Source: Erysipelotrichaceae bacterium (GTDB taxonomy: Bacteria > Bacillota_I > Bacilli_A > Erysipelotrichales > Coprobacillaceae). From it: a stretch of 32,000 nucleotides of DNA. A program made the position numbers and the translations under genes. The DNA is taken from positions 30,001-62,000 of the forward strand of contig JAQVDW010000004.1 of NCBI GenBank assembly GCA_028698185.1, given 5' to 3'. The notes under the pieces were generated by a model. It was not told where the DNA came from. It ran no database searches and saw only the letters and a program-made list of their open reading frames with translations. Shown in pieces: positions 9,318-17,229 of the stretch (within the stretch, counting starts at the first letter, position 1; every line of letters starts with the position of its first letter).

Positions 9318-9386
9318 GGTGGCTCTGAAGAGTGAAAATGGGTGGCTCTATATCGGTGAACAAGGTGGCTCTCAACTAGCGGAATA
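9318..9386 (+). repeat. three tandem 23-bp units, each starting with GGTGGCTCT
   Basis: GGTGGCTCT occurs at 9318, 9341 and 9364, exactly 23 bp apart. Units 1 and 2 also share GTGAA near their 3' ends. Confidence 0.85.
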
Positions 9387-9414
9387 TTCAATTGTTGTTG
9401 GAATTGTAAATATC

Positions 9415-9445
9415 TACTCCGCATGTTTATCATACGGAGTTTTTT
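9415..9445 (+). repeat. direct repeat, right copy (DR-R)
   Basis: tactccgcatgtttatcatacggagtttttt matches 6534-6564 at 25 of 31 positions. Confidence 0.8.
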
Positions 9446-9447
9446 TT
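9416..9447 (+). terminator. intrinsic terminator of the islet's last gene (part of DR-R)
   Basis: actccg (9416-9421) pairs with cggagt (9435-9440). The loop is 13 nt and T7 follows. Confidence 0.7.
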
Positions 9448-9454
9448 GTATAAT
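9447..9454 (+). promoter_or_regulatory. extended -10 element (TGTATAAT) for the SDR gene
   Basis: TG plus TATAAT (9449-9454) sits 22 nt upstream of the ATG at 9476, with AGGAGG at 9461-9466. The -35 is weak. Confidence 0.45.
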
Positions 9455-9475
9455 GTACCAAGGAGGTAAATTAAT

Positions 9476-10183
9476 ATGGATTTTACCAATAAAGTAGTAG
9501 TCATCACCGGGGGCGCCCGAGGCATCGGCCGAGCCATGGCTGAGGCATTCGAACAGGCCGGAGCCCAAGTCGCCATCATCGATATCATCGAAAATGATTA
9601 TTTTGTCGGGGATATCGCCAACCCGGAAATTCTCGAATCGTTCCATGGAAAAGTGATAAAAGATTTTGGCCATATCGATTTTCTGATCAACAACGCGATG
9701 CCCTTGTTCAAGGGCATCGACAACTGCTCCTATGAACAGTTCAATTACGCCCTGCAGGTGGGGGTTAGCGCGCCGTTTTATCTGACCAAGCTTTTTCTTG
9801 ACAATTTCACAACCACCGGGGCGATCGTGAACATCTCCTCATCCCGCGATCGGATGAGCCAGCCCCAAAGTGAAAGCTACACCAGTGCCAAAGGGGCGAT
9901 AAGTGCCTTGACCAGGTCGTTGGCGATCAGTCTTGGGGGTAGAGTCCGGGTCAATTCCGTTTCGCCGGGCTGGATTGACACCAAAAACCAGGACCATCAA
10001 GGGCCCGATGCCTCCCAACATCCTGTTAGACGAGTAGGCAAGCCGGAGGATATCGTCAATGCGGTCATGTTCCTGTGCGATGAAAAGGCCGGGTTCATCA
10101 CCGGAGAAGACATCTGTGTCGATGGGGGGATGACCAAACTGATGATCTACCATGATGATTTTGGTTGGACTTACAATGAATAG
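9476..10183 (+). CDS. SDR family NAD(P)-dependent oxidoreductase
   Basis: TGGARGIG Rossmann motif, NNAM, a catalytic Ser and YTSAK (YxxxK). Confidence 0.9.
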   Translation: MDFTNKVVVITGGARGIGRAMAEAFEQAGAQVAIIDIIENDYFVGDIANPEILESFHGKVIKDFGHIDFLINNAMPLFKGIDNCSYEQFNYALQVGVSAPFYLTKLFLDNFTTTGAIVNISSSRDRMSQPQSESYTSAKGAISALTRSLAISLGGRVRVNSVSPGWIDTKNQDHQGPDASQHPVRRVGKPEDIVNAVMFLCDEKAGFITGEDICVDGGMTKLMIYHDDFGWTYNE

Positions 10184-10212
10184 ACACAATTTCGATGAAG
10201 TGAGGTGGATGG

Positions 10213-11097
10213 ATGTTTCTATTGCAGAAAATTGAGGAACTGATGGTGAATTACAGCGATGCCCGGCATACCGTCGGAGAATTCGTCCTGAACGAGAAGG
10301 CGGCGATTGGCGACTATACGATCGCCCAGATCGCCCAGAAAACCTACACTTCCAAGGCGACAGTGGTAAGGTTTGCCAAGACATTGGGATATGAGGGTTG
10401 GAAAGAATTCAAAAAGGATTACCTGGCTGAACTCAACTACCGGGCAAGTCACAGCGATGATGTCGACGTCAATATTCCCTTTAAAAAGGGCGACAGCATG
10501 GATGTTCTGGTCAACAACCTGATGAATCTCCTGATAGAGAGCGTCAGGGATACCGTTGATCTTTTGGACTATGCGATGGTGGAAAAGGCGGTTGAATATC
10601 TTAAAAATGCCCGACATGTGATCATCTTCGGCATCAGTCCCAACGATTATCTTGGTCAACTTTTCAAAAGAAAGCTGCTCACGATTGGAAAGTACGCTGA
10701 TGTGGTCCAGTTTTCGGAAATCGGCCTGATGTCGAAATTCATGACCAAGCAAGACTGTGCGATTGTGATATCATATTCGGGCAACACCCGGTTCTCCGAA
10801 CCGATAAGCAGCCTCAAAACGCTGATTGGCAAAAAAATTCCGATAATCGGAATCACCAGTGGCGGCGACAATTTTATCAGAAACAATGTAACCTGCGTCC
10901 TGACCATTTCTTCAAGAGAGAGACTGTACTCGAAGATATCGAATTTTGCGACGGAGAACTCGATCAACTTTATCCTGAATTTGATATTCTCGCGCTATTT
11001 CATGGACGATTATGAGCGGAACCTGATCTACAAGATTGAAAACGCCAAGGATCTTGAAGTCCAAAGAGCTGCCACATTGAAAGAACTTAAAGACTAG
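10213..11097 (+). CDS. MurR/RpiR family transcriptional regulator (HTH_6 + SIS domain)
   Basis: N-terminal ...IAQIAQKTYTSKATVVRFAKTLGYEGWKEFK and a SIS-like VIIFGISPN...VISYSGNT. The RBS is GAGGTGG. Confidence 0.9.
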   Translation: MFLLQKIEELMVNYSDARHTVGEFVLNEKAAIGDYTIAQIAQKTYTSKATVVRFAKTLGYEGWKEFKKDYLAELNYRASHSDDVDVNIPFKKGDSMDVLVNNLMNLLIESVRDTVDLLDYAMVEKAVEYLKNARHVIIFGISPNDYLGQLFKRKLLTIGKYADVVQFSEIGLMSKFMTKQDCAIVISYSGNTRFSEPISSLKTLIGKKIPIIGITSGGDNFIRNNVTCVLTISSRERLYSKISNFATENSINFILNLIFSRYFMDDYERNLIYKIENAKDLEVQRAATLKELKD

Positions 11098-11122
11098 AAC
11101 GACTGCAAAGCGGTCGTTTTTT
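11098..11122 (+). terminator. intrinsic terminator after the RpiR gene
   Basis: aacgac (11098-11103) pairs with gtcgtt (11113-11118), followed by a T-run. Confidence 0.65.
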
Positions 11123-11207
11123 GCAGGGCAAAAGTTTCGCATAGTTTCACCATTTTGAAATTTTGAAGGCGATTCCATGAAACTCCGTTCCATATCCGTC
11201 CGATTTG

Positions 11208-11236
11208 TTGAAAGCAAAAAATATCAATGATAGTAT
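11208..11236 (+). promoter_or_regulatory. promoter of the PTS/glucosidase operon
   Basis: TTGAAA (11208-11213), a 17-nt spacer, then TAGTAT (11231-11236). A small inverted repeat gatag-tat-ctatc overlaps the -10. Confidence 0.5.
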
Positions 11237-11244
11237 CTATCCAT

Positions 11245-11325
11245 GGATGTGAGACACATCCGATTTAGGCGATCGAATCTGGAATCCGGAATTGCATGCA
11301 ACCAGTTGGGATCGCTTCTAAATCC
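11245..11325 (+). promoter_or_regulatory. structured 5' leader of the PTS gene (class not recognised)
   Basis: Hairpin ggatgtg/cacatcc (11245-11261). A long-range helix gatttag..cgatc / gatcg..ctaaatc (11262-11324) encloses the palindrome ttgcatgcaa. Its 3' arm abuts the RBS at 11326-11331. Confidence 0.4.
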
Positions 11326-11339
11326 AGGAGGAGAAACTG

Positions 11340-13112
11340 ATGAGTAAAAAATATGAAAGCTTGGCCCACGATATTGTCGAAAATATCGGTGGCAAAGAAA
11401 ATGTATTGAATGTATATCATTGCATGACCCGTTTGCGTTTCACTTTAGCAGACAATGCCAAAGCAAACAAAGAAGCAATTGAAGAAATCGAAGGTGTCAC
11501 TAAAGTTATCATCAACGCAGGTGTCTATCAGGTTGTAATCGGGCCCCATGTCAGTGATGTGTTTGAAGAAGTAATCAAACTGGTGGATATCAATCCAAAT
11601 AAGGAAGATGTTCCGGCTGCTAAAAACGGGATCTTGAATACTATATTTGATTTCATCTCCGGAACTTTCCAACCGGTCATTCCAGCCTTGTCTGGAGCGG
11701 GAATGGTCAAAGCGGTTCTGGCAATCCTGGTTGTCTTAAAACTGATAACCAATGAGTCGCAAACTTATTACTTGCTCAATATGTTTGCCGATGGGGTATT
11801 CTATTTCCTGCCGCTGATATTGGCGTACACGGCAGCCCAGAAATTGAAAGCGAACCCGATCCTGGCGGTCAGCGTGGCGGCGATGATGCTTCATCCCAAT
11901 TGGTTCGCCTTGGTTACAGCGGGTGAGCCGGTAAGCTTCTTTGGAGTTGTTCCTTTCACTTTGGCCCGCTACTCGTCTTCGGTAATCCCGATCATCCTGG
12001 TGGTGCTGGTTCAGGCAAAAGTGGAGAAACTGCTCCGCAAATATGTGCCAAAATCAATTGAACTGGTTATTGTGCCCTTGTTGACTTTCCTGATCATGGG
12101 AACCTTGGCATTTTCAATCCTGGGACCGATCGGAACCATCCTTGGTGGTTACCTGGCGACATTCTTCACTTTCTTGAGTGTCAAAGCGGCCTGGGCACCG
12201 GCAGTGCTGATCGGAGCTTTTTGTCCGTTGATGGTCATGATCGGTTTGCACAATGCGGTAGCGCCATTGGGGGTCGTCCAAATGTCAAATCTTGGATTCG
12301 ACAGTATCTGGGGACCGGGAAATATCTGTTCTAATATGGCCCAGGCGGCAGCCGTTACTGTAGTCGCGCTAAGAACGAAAAACAAACAGACAAAACAGAT
12401 TGCAGCAAGCGCTAGTGTCACTGCCTTTATGGGGATCACGGAGCCGGCACTGTACGGGGTCAATCTTGTTAAAAAATATCCTTTGGTCGCATCAATGATT
12501 GGTGGGGGGCTAGGCGGGCTTTATGCCGGGTTGACCCATACCCATCGTTTCGCTACCGGATCAGGCGGTCTTCCAGCAGTTGCCTTGTACATCGGTGACA
12601 ACACGATGAGATTTTTCTACAATATTATCATTGCCATGGTCATCTCGGCGATTGTATCGGCGGCGTTGACCTTTGTATTGAGTCTCAAATATGAAAATAA
12701 TGAGGGAGGAGTCCAGGCTCCGACGGAAAAAGAAAAGACCGGATTTGCCGGAGCGATTGTCGAATCGCCACTCAAAGGCGAAGTGCTGCCACTTGAGCAA
12801 TGCAATGACCAGGCTTTCGCAAGCGGAAGCATCGGCAAAGGGGTTGCGATCAATCCGACCGAGGGCAAGGTTGTCGCGCCATTTGATGGTACTGTTGTAA
12901 CACTGTTTCCGACCAAACATGCAATCGGCCTTGTTTCAAAAGACGGGCTGGAATTGCTGATCCATGTCGGTATCGATACTGTCAATCTCAATGGCAAATA
13001 TTTTGAAGCGCTGGTCAAACAAGGCGACCAGGTCAAAGCCGGGCAGGATTTGATCGAGTTCGATATCGAGGGGATTGAAAAATCCGGATATTCCCCCAGA
13101 CAATTGTCGTAG
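11340..13112 (+). CDS. PTS beta-glucoside-family transporter, fused EIIB-EIIC-EIIA (reading frame breaks near the 3' end)
   Basis: EIIB motif HCMTRLRF, a polytopic EIIC, and EIIA-Glc motifs TKHAIG and LIHVGIDTV. The annotated frame ends prematurely at ...GYSPRQLS*. Confidence 0.9.
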   Translation: MSKKYESLAHDIVENIGGKENVLNVYHCMTRLRFTLADNAKANKEAIEEIEGVTKVIINAGVYQVVIGPHVSDVFEEVIKLVDINPNKEDVPAAKNGILNTIFDFISGTFQPVIPALSGAGMVKAVLAILVVLKLITNESQTYYLLNMFADGVFYFLPLILAYTAAQKLKANPILAVSVAAMMLHPNWFALVTAGEPVSFFGVVPFTLARYSSSVIPIILVVLVQAKVEKLLRKYVPKSIELVIVPLLTFLIMGTLAFSILGPIGTILGGYLATFFTFLSVKAAWAPAVLIGAFCPLMVMIGLHNAVAPLGVVQMSNLGFDSIWGPGNICSNMAQAAAVTVVALRTKNKQTKQIAASASVTAFMGITEPALYGVNLVKKYPLVASMIGGGLGGLYAGLTHTHRFATGSGGLPAVALYIGDNTMRFFYNIIIAMVISAIVSAALTFVLSLKYENNEGGVQAPTEKEKTGFAGAIVESPLKGEVLPLEQCNDQAFASGSIGKGVAINPTEGKVVAPFDGTVVTLFPTKHAIGLVSKDGLELLIHVGIDTVNLNGKYFEALVKQGDQVKAGQDLIEFDIEGIEKSGYSPRQLS

Positions 13113-13201
13113 TGACAAATCACAGCCAATATGGCAATATCGCCAGCACAAATGAAATGAGAGTCGGTTTTTCTGACAGCCTGCTGGCAATAGAAGGATA
13201 G
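13097..13201 (+). other. out-of-frame continuation of the EIIA domain (34 codons plus stop)
   Basis: After the C5 run (13093-13097) the next frame reads QTIVVVTNHSQYGNIASTNEMRVGFSDSLLAIEG*. This is the expected EIIA C-terminus. It stops at 13199-13201, 9 nt before the next gene. Confidence 0.75.
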
Positions 13202-13207
13202 GGGTAA

Positions 13208-14635
<1,428 letters not shown>

Positions 14636-14691
14636 AACATTCGTATCCAGTTGGGGCTGTCTGCATCCAAACCGGATAATTCGCGACCATG

Positions 14692-14735
14692 AAGACCATG
14701 ACAAATTGGAAAGTGATTTGTCATGGTCTTTTCGC
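14692..14735 (+). terminator. strong intrinsic terminator
   Basis: Perfect 15-bp stem: aagaccatgacaaat (14692-14706) pairs with atttgtcatggtctt (14716-14730). A T-rich tail follows. Confidence 0.8.
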
Positions 14736-14800
14736 TGTTTTCTCTGACTGGTTTGCTCTCAAACTGGATTGGACAAATAACTATTTATGCGTTTTTTATT

Positions 14801-14861
14801 ATACATGTATACATTGAGTGTATAGATAGTATTTGACTTAAAGAGCACTTTAAAGTAAAAT
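14801..14861 (+). promoter_or_regulatory. promoter and candidate operator of the PadR-like operon
   Basis: 10-bp palindrome ATACATGTAT (14801-14810). Then TTGACT (14833-14838), a 17-nt spacer and TAAAAT (14856-14861). Confidence 0.55.
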
Positions 14862-14881
14862 GGGTTTAGGAGGATAGGTAT

Positions 14882-15184
14882 ATGGATCTAATCAATCATA
14901 AAACCTTTCGCGAATTTATAATATTGTCGTGTTTGCAGCACAATCCCGAAGGCTTGAACATTCATCAGCTGCTATCGGCCCTGAATGAGTTCTTTAGCGT
15001 TGACGAAGTCGAGCTGTTTCTCGCATTGTCAAAACTGCTTAAGGAAAACCGGATCCAGGGCCAGAACAACGCTGAGAAGATGCAGGTTTTCTATATCCTG
15101 ACCAAGGATGGAAAGCAGGCATGTCAGTCATACAGGCTGATGTGGGATGGCCTGCAGGACAAGCTAGACAAACTGGTAAAATGA
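14882..15184 (+). CDS. PadR-like small winged-helix transcriptional regulator
   Basis: 100 aa. The RBS is AGGAGG. The ...FIILSCLQHNPEGLNIHQL...YILTKDGKQ pattern fits, as does its position ahead of DUF1700 and DUF4097 genes. Confidence 0.7.
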   Translation: MDLINHKTFREFIILSCLQHNPEGLNIHQLLSALNEFFSVDEVELFLALSKLLKENRIQGQNNAEKMQVFYILTKDGKQACQSYRLMWDGLQDKLDKLVK

Positions 15185-15194
15185 GGTGATGTAC

Positions 15195-15815
15195 ATGAAC
15201 AAATATGAATTTCTCGAAGCCCTGGAGCGCAATCTTCAGGATGTCGATTTCCAAATCCGGCATGATGCCTTGCGCTACTACCAGGATCTCATCGAAAACG
15301 GCGGGTATGACCAGGAAGCGACCATTAGAAATCTAGGCGCGCCTGAGGTTATCGCTTCAAGAATCAAAGCGGAACAAGTCAACAAAGCATTTGAAGAAGG
15401 ACAATTCGACAATGGGCCCGAAGTCAAGGTGCCAACCGGTCAGAAAGTAGATAAGAATTTGATCTTGATAATCGCTATCGTGATTGTCATCGCATCTTTT
15501 TCTTTAGGTGGGATTGGTGGGGCTTTTGGAATACTGATTGGCATGGGAGCGGGGATTTTTGGCTTATTGGCGGGCTTGCTGTCCTTTGGTATTATTTCAT
15601 TCGTTCACGGCGTTAATACGCTGCTGCTTATTGAAAACGGGTTCGACACCGGCAATGTCCTGATCCATGTCGGGATATTATTGGTCAATATCGCCCTGAC
15701 TTTCCTGTGGCTCGCCCTGTTTATCGCCATTGTCAAGGCGCTGCCTCTGATTGTCAAAGCAGTCATTGAGGCGGTTACGCGGTTTGTGGCCTGGCTGAGG
15801 AGGTTGCTGTCATGA
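15195..15815 (+). CDS. DUF1700 (HAAS) family membrane protein
   Basis: N-terminal MNKYEFLEALERNLQDV...RYYQDLIENGG is typical of DUF1700, and the C-terminal half is Gly-rich TM. The start could also be 15189. Confidence 0.8.
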   Translation: MNKYEFLEALERNLQDVDFQIRHDALRYYQDLIENGGYDQEATIRNLGAPEVIASRIKAEQVNKAFEEGQFDNGPEVKVPTGQKVDKNLILIIAIVIVIASFSLGGIGGAFGILIGMGAGIFGLLAGLLSFGIISFVHGVNTLLLIENGFDTGNVLIHVGILLVNIALTFLWLALFIAIVKALPLIVKAVIEAVTRFVAWLRRLLS

Positions 15816-16573
15816 AAAAATTATCTAACGCCCTGGTCTTTTTCTTCGTGGTCTGCCTGGTTGTTGGGGTAGCCATGATTTCGGTGGGATACGGGATAAC
15901 CGACCAGAAAAGCTTCAGACTGACTGATATCCTGGGATTTGGCGTAATCGAAGACAAGGATTACCAATCCCTGAACTTAAGCGATATCGAAAATGTCAAG
16001 ATCGAGGCCAATTCGAAAGTCATTTTCCGCCAAGGCGACACCCTCAAACTGATCTACACGACCCCTAGCGACAGTGTCAGTGTCAGCGGCGACAACCTTA
16101 CGGTCAAGGAAAAGAACACCAATACGATTGGGTTCTACTTTGGCAAGGTAAAGGTCGATACCATCATTATCGAATATCCCGCTGATTACGAGTTTTCCAA
16201 TGTCGATTTGAGCATCGATGTTTCAAGCATAATCATCGACGACCTCAATGCCCTTAATCTTTACATCGACAACGACGCGGGGAGCAACGAGGTCAACGGC
16301 GGCGCCATCGGCAATATCGATATCGACAGTGACGTCGGTTCGACCAAGATTGACGGGGTGGACTTTGGCTCTCTCAAGGGAAAGGTCGATGTCGGTTCAA
16401 TCACAATCAACCTGATTGACGATGTTTCACAATACTCGATGAAGCTTTCCGGCGATGTGGCAAGCATCAAAGTCGACGGCGAAGATGTCGGCGATTACAA
16501 TTCCGACGGCCTTAGCGACAAGACGATCGATCTTGCCAGCGATGTCGGTTCGATCAAGATCAACTCCCGCTGA
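15812..16573 (+). CDS. DUF4097 family beta-strand-repeat protein with N-terminal TM anchor
   Basis: ATGA overlap with the upstream gene. Repeated D-V-G-S-(I/T)-K-I-(D/N) strands occur in the C-terminal half. Confidence 0.8.
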   Translation: MKKLSNALVFFFVVCLVVGVAMISVGYGITDQKSFRLTDILGFGVIEDKDYQSLNLSDIENVKIEANSKVIFRQGDTLKLIYTTPSDSVSVSGDNLTVKEKNTNTIGFYFGKVKVDTIIIEYPADYEFSNVDLSIDVSSIIIDDLNALNLYIDNDAGSNEVNGGAIGNIDIDSDVGSTKIDGVDFGSLKGKVDVGSITINLIDDVSQYSMKLSGDVASIKVDGEDVGDYNSDGLSDKTIDLASDVGSIKINSR

Positions 16574-16575
16574 TC

Positions 16576-17121
16576 ATGGCTATCGAAGAGGTTGAAAGGC
16601 GGCTCAAACGCGACAACAAGATCCTCTTTGCCAGGGACAGTCCCTCTCTTGCCAGCCTTGTAGCGATTCTTGAGACAATGGACAAGAAGGCCGTTGTGCT
16701 TTGGGCGCTCGACCAGGCAACAGCGGTCGTGATGGAACTTGATGGCAAATACCCCGAAATCGGGCTGTTTGTCGAGTCCCTCAATCTCGCAAATCTCTGG
16801 TTCCAGGGCCAGGTAAAGATGGCCCCGGTCAAAAATGCGATCCTGCAATTGCATAAAATTGCCGGCGAGTTCGAAAAGGATGGCAGCACCAGGGCAGACG
16901 GCCTCAAAATCCGGGCGCTGGCCCATGGCCTGGCCACAATCCATTCCAAGAAACACGCCATCGGTTTGCCCATGTACTATCTAAGTGCCCTGGTATGTCG
17001 CGACAAAGACAATTACCAGGTGCTAGTAACCGACATGATCAAACAGTATCGTGCCGCCCTGGAATATTATGATTCACATCTAAGTGAATGCAATGTCCAC
17101 TGGGCCAAATTCATGCAATGA
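16576..17121 (+). CDS. all-alpha hypothetical protein, possibly Imm-5-like putative immunity family
   Basis: It starts 2 nt after the DUF4097 stop. The pattern ...VLWALDQATAVV...YPE....ANLWFQGQVKM..VKNAILQLHK....ALAHGLATIH...HAIGLPMYYL resembles that family. This is judged from memory only. Confidence 0.45.
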   Translation: MAIEEVERRLKRDNKILFARDSPSLASLVAILETMDKKAVVLWALDQATAVVMELDGKYPEIGLFVESLNLANLWFQGQVKMAPVKNAILQLHKIAGEFEKDGSTRADGLKIRALAHGLATIHSKKHAIGLPMYYLSALVCRDKDNYQVLVTDMIKQYRAALEYYDSHLSECNVHWAKFMQ

Positions 17122-17126
17122 AATCC

Positions 17127-17152
17127 AACGGAGTCTGCGGGCTCCGTTTTTT
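17127..17152 (+). terminator. intrinsic terminator
   Basis: aacggag (17127-17133) pairs with ctccgtt (17142-17148), followed by a T-run. Confidence 0.7.
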
Positions 17153-17181
17153 CAAATAATTAGGGATAAATAGACAAATCG

Positions 17182-17210
17182 TTGTAAAGATTTCGCAATT
17201 TTTGTATAAT
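17182..17210 (+). promoter_or_regulatory. proBA promoter
   Basis: TTGTAA (17182-17187), a 17-nt spacer, then TG-extended TATAAT (17205-17210). Confidence 0.6.
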
Positions 17211-17229
17211 ACCCTTGTGAGGTAAAACC

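Larger units (their letters stand above)
6565..9414. mobile_element. putative integrase-less genomic islet (low G+C) inserted at the purB terminator
   Basis: There is an abrupt composition change. Line 7621-7680 has 16/60 G+C, against 35/60 in line 9481-9540. The segment is flanked by 31-bp imperfect direct repeats. The first ~900 bp is ORF-poor. The cargo genes have no housekeeping role that I can assign. Confidence 0.55.

Noticed and set aside
9318-9386. A possible miniature CRISPR array, suggested by the regular repeat spacing.
   Set aside because: Only 9 bp is conserved per 23-bp unit. There are only three units with 14-bp spacers, and no cas genes or leader. This is far below CRISPR repeat and spacer sizes.
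9319-9456. A 45-codon GTG-initiated ORF ((M)ALKSENGWLYIGEQGGSQLAEYSIVVGIVNIYSACLSYGVFFV) running through the 23-bp repeats and the DR-R terminator.
   Set aside because: There is no RBS, and the ORF reads straight through a terminator hairpin and T-run. Its hydrophobic tail is simply the translation of that hairpin and T-run.
11245-11325. A RAT/terminator (BglG/LicT-type antitermination) element upstream of the PTS gene.
   Set aside because: There is no similarity to the RAT consensus, no T-run after the helices, and no antiterminator gene in the locus.
16300-16560. Repeated DNA segments (gatgtcggttc...) inside the DUF4097 gene.
   Set aside because: They are in frame and encode the family's repeated DVGS(I/T)K(I/V) beta-strands. 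This is a coding repeat, not an independent element.
17153-17229. A T-box or other leader upstream of proBA.
   Set aside because: The distance from the predicted -10 (17205-17210) to the ATG is only about 20 nt. That leaves no room for a T-box or riboswitch.
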